64,000 nucleotides of DNA from a virus. The position numbers were made by a program, and so were the translations under genes. How positions within the stretch are numbered: position 1 is the stretch's first letter; every line of letters begins with the position of its first letter. Under the pieces are notes generated by a model. The model was not told the DNA's origin and ran no database searches. It saw nothing but the letters and a program-made list of their open reading frames with translations. Where the stretch lies: IMG/VR virus record IMGVR_UViG_3300020477_000014, positions 32,001 to 96,000 of that record; one strand, written 5' to 3'. Below are positions 59,381 through 64,000 of the stretch, one piece after another.

Positions 59381-59409
59381 TTGACAGGTCTACCACAACA
59401 TGTTATAAT
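59381..59409 (+). promoter_or_regulatory. Consensus sigma70-type promoter for the SbcD-SbcC fusion
   Basis: TTGACA (59381-86), 17 nt spacer, TG-t-TATAAT (59404-09). Confidence 0.9.
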
Positions 59410-59440
59410 ATGTTAACGGACAGATCCGTTTGGAGGGAAA

Positions 59441-62400
59441 TTGAAGTTTGCGCATATTAGCGATACTCATATTAAGAATTTAAAATATCACTTTGAGTAT
59501 CGTGAGGTCTTCCGTCAGCTTTATGAGCGATTAAGACAAGAAGAAGTAGATTATATCATTCACTGTGGAGACATTGCTCACACAAAAACTCAGATCTCAC
59601 CTGAGTTCGTAGAAATGTGTTCGCAGTTCTTTCGTAGCTTAGCGGCGATTGCACCCACTTATATCATCTTGGGTAACCATGATGGCAACTTGAAGAACAG
59701 CAGCCGTCAGGACGCATTAACGCCCATTGTAGAGGCACTTAATCTACCAGATCTGCATCTACTGAAGAATTCGGGTGAGACTCATATTGATGACACGTTT
59801 TGCCTGAATGTGTTGTCTGTATTTGACCGGGGAAATTGGACAAATCCAACCAATCCCGATAAGATCAATATCGCTCTCTATCACGGATCTATTTCACGTT
59901 CCAGAACCGATATGAACTGGGTAATGGAGATTGGCGAAGACACACTAGACATATTTAAGCCTTTCGATTTTGCAATGTTGGGCGACATTCATCGTCGCCA
60001 ATTCTTAGATGAAGAAGGTCGCATCTGGTATGCCGGCTCTACCGTTCAACAGAATCACGGCGAGACGAACGACAAGGGCATTCTCATCTGGGACATCACA
60101 TCTAAAGACGACTGGGATATTGAGCCTATAGTTCTAAGGAACCCTAAGCCATTTACAACCATTCAACTTACTCCCACCGGTCGAATGCCACCGCGAGTAA
60201 ATATTCCAACCGGCGCTCGATTGCGGCTAGTTAGCAACAACAATCTTCCTTTGGGAACGATGCGTCGAGCGATGGAGATAGCCAAACACCGCTTTAAGCC
60301 CGAAAGTATTTCGTTTCTTAATCGTGCCGCTGGCCAGCGTGGTAATGTGGAAGAGATAGCGGACACACTAAAGACCGAGAATCTTCGCGATCCTAAAATT
60401 CAAGAACAATTAATAAGAGAATATCTTAAAGAATATCAAGCACCAGAAGATATGTTAGAAAAAGTATTTGAAATTAATCGTCATTACAATAAGCTAGCCG
60501 AGAACAGCGAAGATATATCGAGAAACATAAATTGGAAGTTACGGTCTTTTAAGTGGGATAATCTCTTTAATTATGGTACTCAGAATTCTATTAATTTTGA
60601 TAACTTAAATGGCATTATTGGCATATTTGGTAAAAACTTTTCAGGCAAAAGTTCGATTGTTGATGCTGCGCTCTATACCTTGTTTAACACAACCTCCAAA
60701 AACGAAAGAAAAAATCTCAATGTTATTAACCAGACTGCCAACAAGTGTTGTGGTGAGCTTGTAATTGAGGTTGGTGAAAAAGTGTACACTATCCATAGAC
60801 AGTCGGAGAAATATACAAAACGCCTCAAAGGCGAAGAAACTCTTGAAGCGAAGACAGATTTGAATTTTGAAGTCTATGATAACATTACAGGAGAAACTAC
60901 CTCATTAAACGGCAATACTCGCAATCTAACGGACGCTAACATCAGAAAGCACTTTGGGTCCCTTGAAGACTTTTCAGTGTCTTCTCTGGCGTCTCAGCAC
61001 GGTTCTCTGGCATTTATTGATGAAGGGTCAACAAGACGTAAAGAAATCATCGCCAAATTCTTAGATTTGGAGGTTTTTGATAAGAAATTTAAGCTAGCAA
61101 AAGAAGATTCGGTTGATATGAAAGTTTTGTTGAAAAAACACCAAGATCGCAATTTCGATGAAGAGATAGAAGAGATAGACGATCGCCTTCGTGGCTATCG
61201 ACAAAGTGTGGAAGAAAACCGAGCGATGTGTTTGCAGTTGAGGGCTGAGCTTAAAAAGATTGATGCCTCTATAGCGACTATAGATGAGACTATTGGTGCG
61301 ATTCCGAATGAATACATAGATATTGCTCGTTTAATTAAACTACAACAACAGAAAGAGAATACGATAGCTTCCCTACATCAGAAAATTGTTGAAGACTCTA
61401 AGGTTATTGATCTTAAAAAACAGGAGATTAGAGCCTCTAAGGAATTGTTATCTGATATCGATTTTGAAGAACTACAATCTCAACAATTACAGATTGAAGA
61501 GTTGAGACAGAAAGAAAAAGAATACATTCAAGAGCTTCAAGATATCGAAAAGAAACGGAAACTTCTAGATGGGATCCCATGCGGAGACTCCTATCCTACA
61601 TGCAAGTTTATTCGAGATGCAAATATTGCTGTTGTATCGAAAGACTTGGTGGAGGGCGATCTTAATTATGTCGGCACACAATTGGAAAAATTGGCTCCCG
61701 ATGATGTGCCTGGTCGTATTGAAGAATATATCAATATCCAGGCTGTGATCGATGAAGCCCACAAGATGGTTGCTGATTTAAGTTTGCGGAGAGAAAGAAA
61801 CAAGGGACTTAAACTTTCTCATGAAGCAAAATTGCATGCTACTGAGGCTAAGATAGAAGAATATAACTCAAATAAGGAGGCAATAGAAAATTTGGAAAGA
61901 CTCTTACAGATGAAAGTTGATCATGATTTGATGGCTGTGACTAAAGAAGAAAAGATATGCGAGTGTGACGAGCAAACCTTAGAGTTGGTTAAATTGGTAG
62001 GATCTTGCGAGCAACAAATAGAAGACCTTGCGAATCAAAAAAATGAACATAAAGAGTTGCAAGAATCCTTTTCGGCTTATGATCTGTTTATGCGTTGCAT
62101 GCATCCTAATGGGATAGCTTATGACATTATTAAGAAGAAGATTCCAGTGATTAACCAAGAGATTGCTAAGATTTTGACCAACATTGTTGAATTTGAGGTG
62201 ATTTTTGAAAGCAATGGTAATAAATTTGACATTTTTATTAAGCATCCAAAATACGAAGCAAGACCAATTGAGATGGCGTCCGGATCTGAGAAAACCATGG
62301 CAGCCATGGCAATTCGTCTTGCGTTGCTTAGTGTGTCATCGCTTCCTAAAGGCGACTTGTTTATTCTTGATGAGCCCGGTACCGCATTGGATGAGGAAAA

Positions 62401-62548
62401 TTTAGAGGGTTTTATTCGTATTTTGACACTAATTAAGATGTATTTTAAGAACGTTCTTCTCATCTCTCATCTTGATTCGCTTAAAGATTGTGTTGATCAG
62501 CAGATTGTTATAGAGAAATACAAAGATCAAGCAAGGGTTAATCAATGA
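59441..62548 (+). CDS. Fused SbcD/Mre11 nuclease - SbcC/Rad50 ATPase
   Basis: N-terminal DTH, GDIAH, GNHD, YHG and GDIH metallophosphoesterase motifs, then Walker A GKNFSGKSS, coiled coil, ASGSE, ILDEPGTALD and LISH. TTG start after GGAGG. Confidence 0.92.
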   Translation: MKFAHISDTHIKNLKYHFEYREVFRQLYERLRQEEVDYIIHCGDIAHTKTQISPEFVEMCSQFFRSLAAIAPTYIILGNHDGNLKNSSRQDALTPIVEALNLPDLHLLKNSGETHIDDTFCLNVLSVFDRGNWTNPTNPDKINIALYHGSISRSRTDMNWVMEIGEDTLDIFKPFDFAMLGDIHRRQFLDEEGRIWYAGSTVQQNHGETNDKGILIWDITSKDDWDIEPIVLRNPKPFTTIQLTPTGRMPPRVNIPTGARLRLVSNNNLPLGTMRRAMEIAKHRFKPESISFLNRAAGQRGNVEEIADTLKTENLRDPKIQEQLIREYLKEYQAPEDMLEKVFEINRHYNKLAENSEDISRNINWKLRSFKWDNLFNYGTQNSINFDNLNGIIGIFGKNFSGKSSIVDAALYTLFNTTSKNERKNLNVINQTANKCCGELVIEVGEKVYTIHRQSEKYTKRLKGEETLEAKTDLNFEVYDNITGETTSLNGNTRNLTDANIRKHFGSLEDFSVSSLASQHGSLAFIDEGSTRRKEIIAKFLDLEVFDKKFKLAKEDSVDMKVLLKKHQDRNFDEEIEEIDDRLRGYRQSVEENRAMCLQLRAELKKIDASIATIDETIGAIPNEYIDIARLIKLQQQKENTIASLHQKIVEDSKVIDLKKQEIRASKELLSDIDFEELQSQQLQIEELRQKEKEYIQELQDIEKKRKLLDGIPCGDSYPTCKFIRDANIAVVSKDLVEGDLNYVGTQLEKLAPDDVPGRIEEYINIQAVIDEAHKMVADLSLRRERNKGLKLSHEAKLHATEAKIEEYNSNKEAIENLERLLQMKVDHDLMAVTKEEKICECDEQTLELVKLVGSCEQQIEDLANQKNEHKELQESFSAYDLFMRCMHPNGIAYDIIKKKIPVINQEIAKILTNIVEFEVIFESNGNKFDIFIKHPKYEARPIEMASGSEKTMAAMAIRLALLSVSSLPKGDLFILDEPGTALDEENLEGFIRILTLIKMYFKNVLLISHLDSLKDCVDQQIVIEKYKDQARVNQ

Positions 62549-63696
62549 GCAAAAAGAAAAAAGAAGCTAAGAACGAGTTTGATTTTCTGCCACCGGCAGA
62601 GCCACCACCATCTTTCGTACAAGAGAAAGACACATACCACGAAAAAGTGGAAGCTGAAGACTTTGGAATGGTGGAAGATTTTGGACTCCAAATGGAATAT
62701 GCAGATGAAGATCTCCTTCCAGATAATACCGCGCCATCTTCGCTAAATATCGGATTTGTGGGTGTCGGCGGTGGTGGCAACAAAATGGCCAATGCATTTT
62801 TGCAGCTTGGTTTTAATAAAACGCTTTTGGTTAATTCTACAGGAAAAGACATCCCTAAGAATGTAGCTGAAGAACACGTATGTCTTATTCCCGATTCAGA
62901 TGGGATCGGCAAGAATATTGAATATGGTAAAGAAATACTTTCTCAGAACGGCGCAGTCGTAGAAGACGCATTGCGAATTAGGTTTGGGAAAGTCGATTGG
63001 TTATTTGTTTTTGCTGGCGGTGGTGGTGGCACCGGATCGTCAGTTGCAGCACTTCATAATGTTTTTGAGCGATATATGCAGTCGGTTCAGTCGACCGGTA
63101 AGGTCGTTTATATAGTTTCATGGCCGACTGCCCAAGAGGCACTAAACCCTACTATTGCCAAAAACGCACTCACCCTCCTTAATGATGTGTCTGTCTATCC
63201 TCACTTTGTATTGGATAATGAAAGAGCTACGCGGCTTCTGCGTGGTAGGATCGGGATGCTTGGTTTATATCCCGTTGCTAACACACAATTTGCCAAGTCA
63301 CTAGCTCAGGTGCTCAAACTCTCAGATGAAGATTCGCCGATCCAGTCTTTCGACTCAAAAGATTTGGAAACGTGTCTCGGAAACAACGGCCGAGGCTTTG
63401 TGGGATCGACAATGATTAAAGATCCGAACACTGCAAAGCTTGGGTCGGTGATTCTTCACAACTGTATGAACCGCTCTCCTTGTCCTCCGCCGAAAGGAAA
63501 GGCAGCAGCCGGCTCTCTCGTATTGGTGGCTTCCGAAGAAATGGTTGCAGATCCTCGCATCAGCAAACATTTGGAATCTGCGATCGCATACGTAGGTGGT
63601 CGATGTGAAACACTCTTTTCGGGAGTATATGTTCGGCAGAACGTACCTGGGTTGATTGCTATACTAGGTATGAATGGATTACCTAGTGGAGAATAA
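62545..63696 (+). CDS. Tubulin/FtsZ-family GTPase (phage PhuZ/TubZ/CetZ-like)
   Basis: IGFVGVGGGGNKMA, DGIGKN, GGGGGTGSS signature, LDNE, SFDSKDL (T7-loop-like). Confidence 0.88.
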   Translation: MSKKKKEAKNEFDFLPPAEPPPSFVQEKDTYHEKVEAEDFGMVEDFGLQMEYADEDLLPDNTAPSSLNIGFVGVGGGGNKMANAFLQLGFNKTLLVNSTGKDIPKNVAEEHVCLIPDSDGIGKNIEYGKEILSQNGAVVEDALRIRFGKVDWLFVFAGGGGGTGSSVAALHNVFERYMQSVQSTGKVVYIVSWPTAQEALNPTIAKNALTLLNDVSVYPHFVLDNERATRLLRGRIGMLGLYPVANTQFAKSLAQVLKLSDEDSPIQSFDSKDLETCLGNNGRGFVGSTMIKDPNTAKLGSVILHNCMNRSPCPPPKGKAAAGSLVLVASEEMVADPRISKHLESAIAYVGGRCETLFSGVYVRQNVPGLIAILGMNGLPSGE

Positions 63697-63698
63697 CA

Positions 63699-64000
63699 AT
63701 GAAACTAATAATGGAAAATTGGAACAAGTTCGTGACCGAGGAAGAAGCCGAAGATCCGTCGACTAATCTGATCGAATTGCTTAAACAAGCATGGGAGAAT
63801 ACTTCTGAGGCACACCTTGCCAAAGGTTTTGGACAACGGTCTCCCGGTGGTGCAGGTAGCACTTTTGATGAAGGAACAACTTTGGATACGCTTAAGGACG
63901 CCTCATGGCAGCCTTTTGAGCATAAATATGTAAGACAAAATCCTGAAAACGGGTACCCAAAAGCATTTAAAGCAGATATTGGCGGAGTTTTGGGGATGCT
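63699..64000 (+). CDS. Hypothetical protein (3'-partial) with MKLIMENW N-terminus
   Basis: ATG at 63699 after GGAGA; frame open to the window end (MKLIMENWNKFVTEEEAEDP...). Not in the ORF track. Confidence 0.7.
   Translation, partial: MKLIMENWNKFVTEEEAEDPSTNLIELLKQAWENTSEAHLAKGFGQRSPGGAGSTFDEGTTLDTLKDASWQPFEHKYVRQNPENGYPKAFKADIGGVLGM

Noticed and set aside
59410-59460. Upstream ATG ORF (MLTDRSVWREIEVCAY*) before SbcD-SbcC
   Set aside because: Its ATG lies directly after the -10 box, upstream of the predicted transcription start, so it would not be on that mRNA.
62545-63696. Bona fide cell-division ftsZ
   Set aside because: It lacks the FtsZ C-terminal linker/peptide and the canonical NxDFAD loop, and sits among phage genes with no dcw cluster.
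1-64000. Eukaryotic giant virus
   Set aside because: gp25/gp6 baseplate genes, Shine-Dalgarno sites, overlapping start/stop coupling and sigma70 promoters all point to a bacteriophage.
1-64000. Stop-codon reassignment
   Set aside because: The standard code gives near-complete tiling, including a 3830-aa ORF, and TAA, TAG and TGA all end genes at coupled junctions.
1-64000. tRNA, rRNA or CRISPR arrays
   Set aside because: Intergenic gaps are at most about 70 nt and show no cloverleaf or repeat-spacer pattern.

Overview
A densely coding, entirely + strand segment of what looks like a very large (jumbo/huge) myovirus-type bacteriophage genome, read with the standard genetic code. There are three blocks. 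(1) About 1-17.3 kb is a glycan/nucleotide-sugar island with about 7 glycosyltransferase domains (three GT4-like, two GT-A, two CstII/DUF115-like), three methyltransferases, two cupins, a minimal DegT aminotransferase, Gmd, an SDR and a CMP-ulosonate synthetase. It ends in a coupled six-gene unit: nucleotidyltransferase, form IV RuBisCO-like protein, GDPD-like protein, HpcH aldolase, SIS-HAD fusion and NAD-dependent epimerase. (2) About 17.3-57.8 kb holds a sigma-factor-like gene followed by a contractile-tail baseplate/virion module: gp5-like OB fold plus M15 peptidase, spike-like protein, 2150-aa protein, gp25, gp6/J, DNRLRE-like protein, 3830-aa LamG protein, several large unknowns and tail-collar-like paralogs. 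(3) About 57.8-64 kb holds DNA metabolism genes behind sigma70-type promoters (RuvC-like resolvase, primase, fused SbcD-SbcC), then a tubulin/FtsZ-family GTPase and a partial ORF. No tRNA, rRNA, CRISPR array, integrase or transposase was seen. The best candidate for an undescribed system is the RuBisCO-like-protein sugar operon inside the phage glycosylation island. All family calls come from motif recognition by eye, not database searches.
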